The notes under the pieces: generated by a model
What the model was told of the DNA's origin: nothing
Databases searched by the model: none
The model's input: the letters and a program-made list of their open reading frames with translations, nothing else
NCBI GenBank assembly: GCA_049322915.1
Contig: JBMOPW010000003.1
Coordinates: 64,001-128,000, forward strand
Reading direction: 5' to 3'
Source of the DNA: Candidatus Zhuqueibacterota bacterium
GTDB lineage: Bacteria; Zhuqueibacterota; Zhuqueibacteria; Thermofontimicrobiales; Thermofontimicrobiaceae
DNA length: 64,000 nt
Shown here: piece by piece, positions 23,014 through 32,395 of the stretch
Numbering within the stretch: the stretch's first letter is position 1
Layout of the letters: every line of letters starts with the position of its first letter
Program-made: the position numbers and the translations under genes

Positions 23014-26000
23014 ATGAATATGACTTCTCTGGCGATCAAACGCGGAGTCACATTTTACATGATTTATCTCATTGTGATCGGGTTTGGTCTCTTTTCCCTG
23101 TTGCGGTTGAAGATAGATTTATTTCCGGATCTGACATTTCCTGTCATTGCCATCATCAGTCAATATTCCGGTGTGAACCCGTATGATATCGAAACGACGG
23201 TGACCCGTCCAATTGAAGAAGCTGTTTCCTCTGTTGAAAATGTAAAAAAAGTGAGCTCGACAACCAGCCAGGGCTTGTCCCTCGTCATACTCGAATTCGA
23301 CTGGGGCACGGATATGAATCAGGCCGAAATCGATACGCGGAAGTACATCGACCTGGTCCGGGACTATTTGCCCGATGAAGTGAGTTCGCCCATTACCTTC
23401 GCATTTGATCCATCGTTGCAGCCGATTATGTTCATGGGCGTGCAATCCGACCAGTACGGAATGGCTGAATTGCGACGTATTTCCGAACACGACATCGAGC
23501 CAAGAATTGAACGGATTGCCGGCGTGGCCAATGCAACAACAACGGGCGGGCTTGTTCGTGAAATTCGCGTGCTGGTGAATCCGCACAAACTGCAAGCCCA
23601 TAATTTTTCCATCGATTACGTCGTCAACGCGCTGCGGATGAACAATATGCAAATCCCCAGCGGCTGGATCGACGACGCGATGATGGAATTCACAGTCCAG
23701 ACTGTGGGTGAATATTCCAATCTTGAGCAGGTCCGAAATACGACGATTGCCAACATCGGCGGAACGCCCGTGCGCGTCAAAGACATTGCTGAAGTAGTCG
23801 ATGGTTTTAAAGAACAACGGCAGCGCGAATTTGTGAATGATATACCCGGCGTTCTTCTCATGGTCAGCAAACAATCAGATGCCAACACGGTGCAGGTTTG
23901 CGAACATGTCATAGAACGACTGCCGGCGATTCAACAGGAAATACCCAAGGGTGTAGTGATCAACAACTTTTACGATCAGGCGACTTTCATCAATAAATCT
24001 ATGTCCAACCTGGGGAACACGGCAGTCCAGGCGATTATTCTCACTTTTTTCGTTCTGTTATTTTTCCTGTTGAATGTTCGGACGTCGTTGATTGTGGTAG
24101 TTTCCATCCCCACTTCAATGGTTGTTACCTTTGCTATTATGGATCAATCCGGCATCACACTGAATATGATTTCAATGGCAGGATTGGCGCTGGCGATCGG
24201 TATGCTTGTGGATAACTCCATCGTTGTACTGGAAAATATTTTCCGGCGAAGGCAACTGGGCGACGATGCCATCGTTGCCGCGGAGAAAGGCGGATCTGAA
24301 GTGTCCATGGCGATCACCGCATCCACGCTGACTACTTTGGCAGTGTTTGTTCCGGTGTTATTCGTCCCCGGCATTGCCGGCGAATTGTTCAATGACATGG
24401 TAGTGACGATCTGCTTTTCGCTGTTAGCCTCGTTGACTGTCGCTTTGACGCTTGTTCCTTTGCTGGCATCCCAATTTTTAACTCGTGCGGAAGACCGCCC
24501 CAATAGAAAAGCGACTTTTTCAGCGATCAAAGATCCAATTACCAAATTCCTGGCCTGGTTGGCTGAAAATTACGGTCGTGTGTTAGACTGGTCATTGTAT
24601 CATCGCAAACTTATTTTATGGAGTTCTCTGATTGCATTTCTCCTGTCACTCGTGGTTTTTGCCACCAGTGGCGGCGACTTCTTCCCGCCATCGGACATGG
24701 GCTATATCTCATACACCGTGAAACGAACGCCGGGGACCAGCCTCGATGAAATGGAAAAAACCATGAAAGAAATCACCGACATCATAAAAAAGGAAGTTCC
24801 GGAGGCCATCGACATTCGTATGGAATTTGGACAGGGCGAGGGAATTGGAGCGCTGTTCGGCGGTGGGGGTTCGCATAAAGGTGAAGTCGGTGTGAAGCTA
24901 TGTAAAATCACCGACAGAAAAAGGCACCAGGCCGAAATAGACTATGACCTCCAGAAAAAATTCAAAAATATCCCCGGCGCTGAAATCCGCTATCAGGAAC
25001 AGGGCTTTAGCGCCATGTTCGGCGAAGGGGATATTGTCATCGAAATTTTTGGCCATGATTTGAATCAATCCAGAGTCATTGGCGAGCAGATTCTGCAGAT
25101 GGTTGAGAAAATTCCCGGGATCACCCAGGCTGAAATGAGCCTCGAAGAATCCATGCCGGAACTCAAAATCGAACTGGATAGGAATCGACTGTCCGATCTT
25201 GGCTTATCTGCTGCCCAGGTTTCCCAAACAATCAGCTCCAATGTGCTGGGTTCTATAGCCAGCGTCTACCGTGAGAGCGGTGATGAATACGACATCCGCG
25301 TACAACTGGATAAACGCTTCAGAACCAGCAAAGACGACCTGGGGAATATTCTGATCGTTGCTCCCAATGGGGCGCGCGTTCCGTTGAGGGCGATTGCCGA
25401 TGTCGTCGCCAGCAGAGCCCCGGTGCAAATTGCCCGCGAAGATCAGGAGCGCGTCGTTAAAGTATCGACAATGGTATTCGGCCGCGACCTGGCCAGCGTG
25501 ACGAGCGATGTCAGGAAGGAAATGAAAAAGGTGGTTCTGCCCCGTGACTTCCGACTGGAAATCAGCGGCGCTGCCGAGGAGCAGGCGGAATCCTTCATGT
25601 ATCTTGGAATCGCCATGCTCGTCGCAATCATTCTGGTCTACATGGTGATGGCTTCGCAATTCGAATCATTTTTAGATCCGTTCATCATCATGTTCACCAT
25701 TCCGCTTTCCTTGATTGGCGTGGCCATGGCGGTGCTTTTCTCTGGTAGTTCGATCACTGTTATGTCGCTCATCGGTATGATTATGCTAGTAGGAATTGTG
25801 GTCAATAATGGCATCGTGCTTGTGGATTATACCAATCAGTTGCGTAAAGGAGGCAAGGAATTGTACGAAGCTGTGAGTGAAGGCGGCAGGACGCGATTGC
25901 GCCCTGTGCTCATGACAGCGCTCACCACCATTCTGGCCATGGTTCCATTAGCTCTGGGCATCGGAGAAAGCGCTGAAACCTGGGCGCCCATGGCCCGTGC

Positions 26001-26139
26001 CGTGATTGGTGGTTTATTGGTCGCCACGATTCTCACGCTGATCGTCGTCCCTGTGCTATACGTCATTTTCGAAACAAAATCAGCACGTTACAAAGAGAAA
26101 CGAGCTGCCAAACGCGCTGCGAAACTGGCTGCTTTATAA
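23014..26139 (+). CDS. RND efflux permease (AcrB/AcrD/AcrF family)
   Basis: 1041 aa with GMLVDNSIVVLEN, GIVVNNGIVLVD and RLRPVLMT. Confidence 0.95.
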   Translation: MNMTSLAIKRGVTFYMIYLIVIGFGLFSLLRLKIDLFPDLTFPVIAIISQYSGVNPYDIETTVTRPIEEAVSSVENVKKVSSTTSQGLSLVILEFDWGTDMNQAEIDTRKYIDLVRDYLPDEVSSPITFAFDPSLQPIMFMGVQSDQYGMAELRRISEHDIEPRIERIAGVANATTTGGLVREIRVLVNPHKLQAHNFSIDYVVNALRMNNMQIPSGWIDDAMMEFTVQTVGEYSNLEQVRNTTIANIGGTPVRVKDIAEVVDGFKEQRQREFVNDIPGVLLMVSKQSDANTVQVCEHVIERLPAIQQEIPKGVVINNFYDQATFINKSMSNLGNTAVQAIILTFFVLLFFLLNVRTSLIVVVSIPTSMVVTFAIMDQSGITLNMISMAGLALAIGMLVDNSIVVLENIFRRRQLGDDAIVAAEKGGSEVSMAITASTLTTLAVFVPVLFVPGIAGELFNDMVVTICFSLLASLTVALTLVPLLASQFLTRAEDRPNRKATFSAIKDPITKFLAWLAENYGRVLDWSLYHRKLILWSSLIAFLLSLVVFATSGGDFFPPSDMGYISYTVKRTPGTSLDEMEKTMKEITDIIKKEVPEAIDIRMEFGQGEGIGALFGGGGSHKGEVGVKLCKITDRKRHQAEIDYDLQKKFKNIPGAEIRYQEQGFSAMFGEGDIVIEIFGHDLNQSRVIGEQILQMVEKIPGITQAEMSLEESMPELKIELDRNRLSDLGLSAAQVSQTISSNVLGSIASVYRESGDEYDIRVQLDKRFRTSKDDLGNILIVAPNGARVPLRAIADVVASRAPVQIAREDQERVVKVSTMVFGRDLASVTSDVRKEMKKVVLPRDFRLEISGAAEEQAESFMYLGIAMLVAIILVYMVMASQFESFLDPFIIMFTIPLSLIGVAMAVLFSGSSITVMSLIGMIMLVGIVVNNGIVLVDYTNQLRKGGKELYEAVSEGGRTRLRPVLMTALTTILAMVPLALGIGESAETWAPMARAVIGGLLVATILTLIVVPVLYVIFETKSARYKEKRAAKRAAKLAAL

Positions 26140-26160
26140 ACTTGGTTGAATCTCAGAATG

Positions 26161-26199
26161 AAAAAACCGAATGTGGCAACACCATATTCGGTTTTTTTT
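26161..26199. terminator. Bidirectional rho-independent terminator
   Basis: AAAAAACCGAATGTGG-caaca-CCATATTCGGTTTTTTTT, between the convergent RND and tnaA genes. Confidence 0.85.
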
Positions 26200-26278
26200 A
26201 TTGGGTAAAAACTTTTTTACAGCGAGAAGCAGGCGGACAAAGAGTCATTATTTTGTGTCTGAACGAAAATTGCTAATA

Positions 26279-26370
26279 TTGACCTCACCCCGACCCTCTC
26301 CTTCAATGAGATGGAGAAAAAAATTCCCTTCTTGCCCGCAGGGTAAGAAGGGATTAAGGGATGAGGTCAA
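26279..26370. repeat. REP-like palindromic element (CCTCACCCCGACCCTCTCC type)
   Basis: Outer inverted repeat TTGACCTCA...TGAGGTCAA with internal CCCTTCTT/AAGAAGGG stems. A related half-copy lies at 53823-53860. Confidence 0.65.
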
Positions 26371-26474
26371 TTTTAATAAACCTGGAAAATCTCTTTATTG
26401 TTCAGTATAAAACGAGTTTTCGTTCGATCACAATTTCGAAAAGCTGTCCCTGCCGGAGCCGAAACAACCGGCTG

Positions 26475-27848
26475 CTACTTCATTTTAAATTCAGCCGTGA
26501 AATGGCGTAAAAGTTTAGCCTGGTACACGATCTCAATACCACGTAGCATCGCTCGATTTTTGTAGACGTCTTCGATCACTTCCAGCACATAGTCAAAATG
26601 GCTCTGCGTATACACCCGCCGCGGGAACGCCAATCGAACAAGCTCCAGCGCCGGCGGCATGTACTGCCCGCTCGTCGGATCGTTTCTGCCAAACATCACT
26701 CCGCCAATTTCACAGGAACGAATTCCGCCTTCAATGTAAAGCTGGCAGGCAACTGACTGCCCCGGAAACTCCTCTACCGGAATGTGCGGCGCAAACGCTT
26801 TGGCATCCAGATAAATTGCGTGACCGCCGGCCGGCTTCAGATAGGGCACGCCCATCCTGTCCAGTTTCTCCCCCATGTATTCCGCGGTCCGGATGCGGTA
26901 TTGGAGATAATCCTCGTGCAGCACCTCTTCCAGCCCTTGCGCAATCGCTTCCAGATCGCGGCCCGCTAATCCGCCATAGGTGGGAAAACCCTCCGTGACT
27001 ATCGAAACATTCCTGGCTTGCAGCGCCAATTGATCATCGTTCATTGCCAGGAATCCGCCGATATTGACCAGCGCATCCTTCTTCGCGCTCATGGTGCAGC
27101 CATCCGCGTACGAGAACATCTCCCGGGCAATTTCTTTGCAGGTTTTATTCGCATACCCGGCTTCACGGATTTTGATGAAATAGGAATTCTCAGCAAATCG
27201 GCACGCATCCAAAAATAACGGGATGTCGTATCGCGACACCAGTTCTTTCGTTTTTCGGATATTCTCCATGGAAACCGGCTGCCCGCCCCCTGAGTTATTG
27301 GTGATGGTCAACATGCAGACCGGAATATTACGGGCGCCTTTCTGCTGAATGAAATTTTCCAGATTGTCCAGATCCATGTTACCTTTGAACGGATGCATCG
27401 ACCGGGGATCCCTGCCCTCGGCAATGACAAAGTCCACTGCTTCGGCGCTGTGATATTCGATGTTCGCCCGCGTTGTGTCGAAATGCGAGTTGGAAGGAAC
27501 GAACTTGCCGCTCTGCCCCAGAATTTCGAACAGGATTCGCTCGGCGGCGCGCCCCTGGTGCGTGGGAATGATATGTTTGAAATTGGTGATCTCTCTGACT
27601 TTTTCCAGAAAACGATAGTAGCTTCGCGCGCCGGCATACGATTCGTCCCCCCGCATGATTCCCGCCCATTGGGAATCGCTCATCGCTGAGGTCCCACTAT
27701 CTGTCAATAAATCGATGATGATATCTTCGGCATCTACCATAAAAAGGTTGTAGCCTCTCCCGGCGATTATTTTTTCGCGTTCCTCCCGCGTCGTCATTCG
27801 AATCGGCTCAACCATTTTTATCCGAAATGGTTCAATGATTGTTTTCAT
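26475..27848 (-). CDS. tnaA: Tryptophanase (beta-eliminating lyase)
   Basis: TDSGT and SAKKD (PLP lysine). FDTT and LRHFTA match tryptophanase rather than tyrosine phenol-lyase (FTTT, LRFFTA). Confidence 0.88.
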   Translation of the reverse strand: MKTIIEPFRIKMVEPIRMTTREEREKIIAGRGYNLFMVDAEDIIIDLLTDSGTSAMSDSQWAGIMRGDESYAGARSYYRFLEKVREITNFKHIIPTHQGRAAERILFEILGQSGKFVPSNSHFDTTRANIEYHSAEAVDFVIAEGRDPRSMHPFKGNMDLDNLENFIQQKGARNIPVCMLTITNNSGGGQPVSMENIRKTKELVSRYDIPLFLDACRFAENSYFIKIREAGYANKTCKEIAREMFSYADGCTMSAKKDALVNIGGFLAMNDDQLALQARNVSIVTEGFPTYGGLAGRDLEAIAQGLEEVLHEDYLQYRIRTAEYMGEKLDRMGVPYLKPAGGHAIYLDAKAFAPHIPVEEFPGQSVACQLYIEGGIRSCEIGGVMFGRNDPTSGQYMPPALELVRLAFPRRVYTQSHFDYVLEVIEDVYKNRAMLRGIEIVYQAKLLRHFTAEFKMK

Positions 27849-28120
27849 CAGCGTCCCTTTCTTTCAGCTAATAGAAGCCAACAATGTCAATCGTTTCCAA
27901 TCGCCACAGAGGCGTTTCTTCGGACGGAATAGCGCCGCCTTCTGCGCGGGTAAATTTCATGAGTCTGGTCGGGTCTGGCAGGTTGGAGCAAAACATCGCG
28001 TGCCTGTTTCAAATCGGGTTCAGAAGAAATCCATCGCCAATGTACTCAATTCACATTAAATTTGCAATGAAAATTCCGAAGATTTTCTGGAGGGTCCTGA
28101 TGCGACAATTCATGAAAAAG

Positions 28121-28152
28121 AAAATGGCTCAGAGCGTTATTTGAGCCATTTT
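28121..28152 (-). terminator. Rho-independent terminator
   Basis: AAAATGGCTCA...TGAGCCATTTT hairpin downstream of the 28205-28516 gene. Confidence 0.7.
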
Positions 28153-28204
28153 AGGGAGGACTGAGATGTGATGGTAAGAAGGTAGATTCGAAAAAAGTTA
28201 TCGA

Positions 28205-28516
28205 TTATCGAGCGCGCCAATGTCCCGGCGTCCAGACATAACCGCCCGGTTTTTTCACCCAAACGCCTTCCACCCATACTTTGCCTCGGGGCGGTTTCAC
28301 CCAATGCCCATCGATCCAGACGTATTTGCCAGCGCCGTTATTCCAGGTCCAATGACCGGAAACATAGACTGCATTGGGATAAGGTCTGGGAGTGACCACC
28401 TTAACGACTCTCGGCGCCGGCGGCGCGATGCGAACGTAGACTGTGGATGCAGCTTCTCCCACGGATAGCAAGAGGGCAAATCCGAACATCAGCGTGGTGA
28501 ACAATATGCGTTTCAT
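28205..28516 (-). CDS. Small secreted YXWGXW-repeat protein
   Basis: Signal peptide, APPAP and the repeats YVSGHW, YVWIDGHW, VWVEGVW and YVWTPGHW. GGAGG RBS. Confidence 0.88.
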   Translation of the reverse strand: MKRILFTTLMFGFALLLSVGEAASTVYVRIAPPAPRVVKVVTPRPYPNAVYVSGHWTWNNGAGKYVWIDGHWVKPPRGKVWVEGVWVKKPGGYVWTPGHWRAR

Positions 28517-28761
28517 AATAACCTCCGAAAATTAATTGACCAGTGGATTCGTATCAAGTCTTCTGTTGACGACCTTTCGACCTGTCGTCGCAGCATAGTC
28601 ATTCAAACGCCATACCAGCTTTGATCAGTCCAGATTTTCAATCAGTTACGAATGGTTGCATCGCCAGCGACGTCAATAACCGGCCAGGGTGGGACATGGT
28701 TTTGTACTGTTACGTACAAAGGGGGAGCAGTTGTCAAATTATTTCCTGCTCAACATTTCCC

Positions 28762-28790
28762 TTGCTTTTTTTGAAAAAGCATGTTAAATT
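28762..28790 (+). promoter_or_regulatory. Putative sigma70 promoter for the ubiA-dtd operon
   Basis: TTGCTT-17 bp-TAAATT. Confidence 0.45.
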
Positions 28791-29045
28791 CAACACTTTC
28801 AATTTTAATGAGTTATCTTTATCTGAAACAAGGATGCGCCCGGTCTGATTTTTAAAGCAGGCAAGCTGATGCTGCAACAACGTATTTTTTCAGCGCCTCC
28901 AATTCCAGGCAACAATCGCTCCGAGACTTTCAAGGTGAAGTGGGTAGCCAGGGCAATTCCAGCCACTCGCGCGCAACGCATTCTGAGTTGAATGCAAAAT
29001 CAAAATACTTTTTTCATTTAAGTGAAAGCAGGTTGTGACAGCACT

Positions 29046-29891
29046 ATGCACACGTTCACAAACATCGGCCATTACTTCAGGCTATGCCGGCCTGTCAACG
29101 TGCTCATTGGAATGATTTCCATCTTCATTGGCGCGTTCATTACCGGCACGATCCAGCCGATTCGCGCGGTATTGTTCGCCTCAATTTCCGGCGGACTTAT
29201 TGCAGCAGCGGCCAATTCCATCAACGATTACTTCGATATCGCCATCGACAAAATCAATAAGCCGCACCGGCCCATCGCAGCCGGGCACATTTCTCCGACC
29301 AATGGGTTCATTTTCTCGATAGCTCTGTTCATCGCCGGGATGACCTTCGGCTATTTCATCAATTGGAAGGCGTTCGTCGTGTCTGTGTCGTCTGCAATCA
29401 TCCTTTTTTTGTACAGCGCCAGACTGAAGGGCACTGTCCTGTGGGGCAATCTTTGCGTGAGCCTGGTGACCTCACTCTCTTTCATCTACGGCGGCATCGC
29501 CGTGAATCGGCTGAACCTGGCGCTCATCCCTGCGGTATTTTCATTCTTCTACCATCTGGGTCGGGAGATCATCAAGGATGTGGAAGACGTAAAGGGCGAC
29601 AGGGCCGACCACATCAAAACGCTGCCGATCCAATACGGTTCGAAGCTCGCCCTGGAAATTGCAACCTGGGTGTATGTGTTACTCATTTTTCTCACGATTG
29701 CGCCATACGTGTTCAACATTTTTGGAATCTACTATCTGGCCATCGTCGTTGGCGTGGTCGATGTCGTGATTGTCGTTGCGCTCGTTTCCATCTGGAAAAA
29801 TCAGGAAATCGGAAACCTGTCGCGCATGAGCTTCCTCCTGAAGCTGAATATGTTTGCCGGACTGATAGCTATTTATTGCGGTAAATTTTAA
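29046..29891 (+). CDS. UbiA-family prenyltransferase, DGGGP-synthase-like
   Basis: Motifs INDYFDIAIDKINKPHRPI and REIIKDVEDVKGD, with multiple TM helices. Confidence 0.85.
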   Translation: MHTFTNIGHYFRLCRPVNVLIGMISIFIGAFITGTIQPIRAVLFASISGGLIAAAANSINDYFDIAIDKINKPHRPIAAGHISPTNGFIFSIALFIAGMTFGYFINWKAFVVSVSSAIILFLYSARLKGTVLWGNLCVSLVTSLSFIYGGIAVNRLNLALIPAVFSFFYHLGREIIKDVEDVKGDRADHIKTLPIQYGSKLALEIATWVYVLLIFLTIAPYVFNIFGIYYLAIVVGVVDVVIVVALVSIWKNQEIGNLSRMSFLLKLNMFAGLIAIYCGKF

Positions 29892-30022
29892 TCCGCCTCA
29901 GCCGGATGGAGTGGATTTTAACATCAGAAATGAAAGTTGAAATGAGATGCCTTCCAATTTCAGGCTGATTCGATTCTTTGTCTGATTGAAAACGATACTC
30001 AAATTAATAGCGGAAAATACCT

Positions 30023-30460
30023 GTGAGAGCTGTTGTACAAAGAGTGACGCGCGCCTCTGTTTCGATTGAAGGGAAGGTTGCAGGCGCCATAAATGCCGGG
30101 CTGGTCATTTTGTTGGGAGTGAAGCAGGACGACACGGAGGCGGACGCAAAGTTTTTGGCTGACAAATGCGTCAACCTGAGAATATTCGCCGACGCGGAGG
30201 GGAAATTCAATCTCTCGTCGCTGGACGTCCGAGGTGAACTGCTGGCGATTTCGCAATTCACCGTGTACGGCGACACCCGAAAAGGCCGGCGCCCCAGTTT
30301 CATCACGGCCGCCCGGCCTGAAATATCCGAACCGTTGTACCTCAAATTTGTGGAGTATTTGCGTGAAAGCGGACTGACCGTCGCCACCGGCCAGTTCGGA
30401 GCGAACATGCTTGTTGAAATTCACAACGATGGGCCGGTTACGTTGATATTGGAAAGTTAG
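30023..30460 (+). CDS. dtd: D-aminoacyl-tRNA deacylase
   Basis: Motifs MRAVVQRV, SQFT, KGRRPSF and NDGPVT. Confidence 0.96.
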   Translation: MRAVVQRVTRASVSIEGKVAGAINAGLVILLGVKQDDTEADAKFLADKCVNLRIFADAEGKFNLSSLDVRGELLAISQFTVYGDTRKGRRPSFITAARPEISEPLYLKFVEYLRESGLTVATGQFGANMLVEIHNDGPVTLILES

Positions 30461-30470
30461 GAACACCTGT

Positions 30471-30818
30471 ATGGACGAAAAATGTATCTTCTGTGAGATC
30501 GTTCAAAAAAAAATGCCCGCCAAAATTGCGTATGAGTCGGAACGGGTATTGGCGTTTCACGATATTCGGCCTCAGGCGCCGGTTCATATTTTAATCATCC
30601 CCAGAGAGCATATTGCCACGTTGAACGACCTGACACCCGAGAACCAGATGGTTATGGGCGAAATTTTTCTTGTCGCCAAAAAGCTGGCTGCGGAGTTGGG
30701 ATTTGCCGAGAAAGGGTATCGAACCGTATTCAATTGTAATCGAGATGCCGGTCAGGACGTCTATCACATCCATCTCCATCTTCTGGCCGGTCGCTTTTTC
30801 TACTGGCCGCCAGGGTAG
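30471..30818 (+). CDS. hinT: Histidine triad nucleotide-binding protein
   Basis: Motifs CIFC, DIRPQAPVH and HIHLH. Confidence 0.93.
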   Translation: MDEKCIFCEIVQKKMPAKIAYESERVLAFHDIRPQAPVHILIIPREHIATLNDLTPENQMVMGEIFLVAKKLAAELGFAEKGYRTVFNCNRDAGQDVYHIHLHLLAGRFFYWPPG

Positions 30819-30847
30819 ATATCGCCTGTAAAAAAGATAAAAAAAAC

Positions 30848-30878
30848 TTGATTTTGAGTAGTATTTTTTTTATCTTTG
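30848..30878 (+). promoter_or_regulatory. Putative promoter of rpsU
   Basis: TTGATT-17 bp-TATCTT. The -10 also fits the Bacteroidota-type TAnnTTTG. Confidence 0.55.
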
Positions 30879-30927
30879 CAGGTAATTTAAATCCACAATA
30901 CTCTTTGAGAAAGGAGGTTTGAAGTTA

Positions 30928-31125
30928 ATGCCCAGCGTTAAAGTTCGAGATAACGAGAACTTCGAAAGAGCGTTCAGACGATTCACAAAGGCATGTGAAA
31001 AAGCTGGTTTAATGTCAGAAATTAAGAAGCATCAGCATTTTGAAAAGCCGAGTGAACGCCGCAAACGAAAAGTTAATGCGGCAAAACGTAAGTCGAAAAA
31101 AATCCAGATGATTGAAAGTGCATAG
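30928..31125 (+). CDS. rpsU: 30S ribosomal protein S21
   Basis: MPSVKVRDNENFERAFRRF...FEKPSE.RKRK, with an AAGGAGG RBS. Confidence 0.96.
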   Translation: MPSVKVRDNENFERAFRRFTKACEKAGLMSEIKKHQHFEKPSERRKRKVNAAKRKSKKIQMIESA

Positions 31126-31233
31126 ATCATTTGAAATTTTTTAATCAAAGAGGTAACACATAGACGTTCGTATTCCTCTGCCACAGGGCTTTCACCTGAA
31201 GCATGTTTTTTATTTTTGTTGGAGTGAATTAAA

Positions 31234-31677
31234 ATGATAATCCTGCAGAAATTAACAGAAGACCTGAAATCAGCCATGAAAGCGAAGGACGAAACGCGTG
31301 TCGGAACGCTTCGTCTGCTCATTTCAGATTTGAAGAAACAGAAAATCGATTCAGGCAAGGAACTGGCAGAAGAACAGGAAATCGCCGTGCTTTTGAGCGC
31401 AGCAAAAAAGCGCAACGAAGCCATCGAAATTTATCAATCCACTGATCGGACAGATTTGCTCGAAAAGGAGCAGCGGGAATTGAGCATCATTCAGCAGTAT
31501 CTCCCTGCACAAATGTCCGATCAGGAAATTGAGAATGAAATTGATGCGATAATCAAATCTCTCGGCGCCAGTGGTCTCAGCGACCTGGGGAAAGTCATGG
31601 GCGAGGCGATGAAACGGCTTAAGGGTAAAGCCGACGGTAAAAAAGTGCAGAACCTCGTACGAACGAAATTAGCCTGA
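31234..31677 (+). CDS. GatB/YqeY domain protein
   Basis: Motifs DLKSAMKAKD, YLPAQMS, GKVMG and GKADGK. Usual position after rpsU. Confidence 0.93.
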   Translation: MIILQKLTEDLKSAMKAKDETRVGTLRLLISDLKKQKIDSGKELAEEQEIAVLLSAAKKRNEAIEIYQSTDRTDLLEKEQRELSIIQQYLPAQMSDQEIENEIDAIIKSLGASGLSDLGKVMGEAMKRLKGKADGKKVQNLVRTKLA

Positions 31678-31772
31678 TGTAATTCGTTTCAATTGAAACA
31701 GAAAAGTGGATAAAGGAACATGACTCTTTATTCGCTTTTTTTATGCATTCAAAAATTTTGCGGAAAAGTAAC

Positions 31773-32381
31773 ATGATAAAAGCAGCTATTGCAATTATCG
31801 ACCTTTTAATTATTTTCGTAATGGTATTTTTCATTTACAAAGGTTATAAGAACGGTTTCACTACCGAGTTTATGCGGGCATTGGGGACCATCGTCGCTTT
31901 TGTTGTCGCGGTTCGGTACATGTCAAACGTGGCCATTGTCCTCTACGGCGCCCTGGAAATTTCCCCGACGCTGATCACGATTTTTTCCTTTATTGTCATT
32001 TTCACTCTGGTTTTGTTGGGATTCAAATATCTCACGACCAAACTGAATTCCGCAATAAAATTTTCTCTGACTCTGGGCAACGCCGATCGCGTGGTTGGCA
32101 TCGTCATGGGACTGATCAAAGGTTCGCTCGTCGTCAGCCTGTGCACCGTGCTTATTTCTTTCATGTCCTTTTCAGGATCAATTGCCAAAGAACTGCGCGA
32201 GTCCCAGTTGTACAATCCCATGCGTCAGGTATTGCCTCTTGCATACAGTGTCGCCAAATTAGCTTTCTCCAGCAACTACAAATCATTTTCAACGGAATTG
32301 GAGGAAACATTCTCAGGGCAGACTGACGGAAGAAAGGGCGAAGCGACGCAGAGTGTCCTTGATTATTATCGTACACATTAG
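31773..32381 (+). CDS. CvpA family membrane protein
   Basis: DLLII..KGYKNGF..E and DRVVG..G..KG motifs. Usual position upstream of mutS2. Confidence 0.85.
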   Translation: MIKAAIAIIDLLIIFVMVFFIYKGYKNGFTTEFMRALGTIVAFVVAVRYMSNVAIVLYGALEISPTLITIFSFIVIFTLVLLGFKYLTTKLNSAIKFSLTLGNADRVVGIVMGLIKGSLVVSLCTVLISFMSFSGSIAKELRESQLYNPMRQVLPLAYSVAKLAFSSNYKSFSTELEETFSGQTDGRKGEATQSVLDYYRTH

Positions 32382-32395
32382 TCTGGTATTATGTT

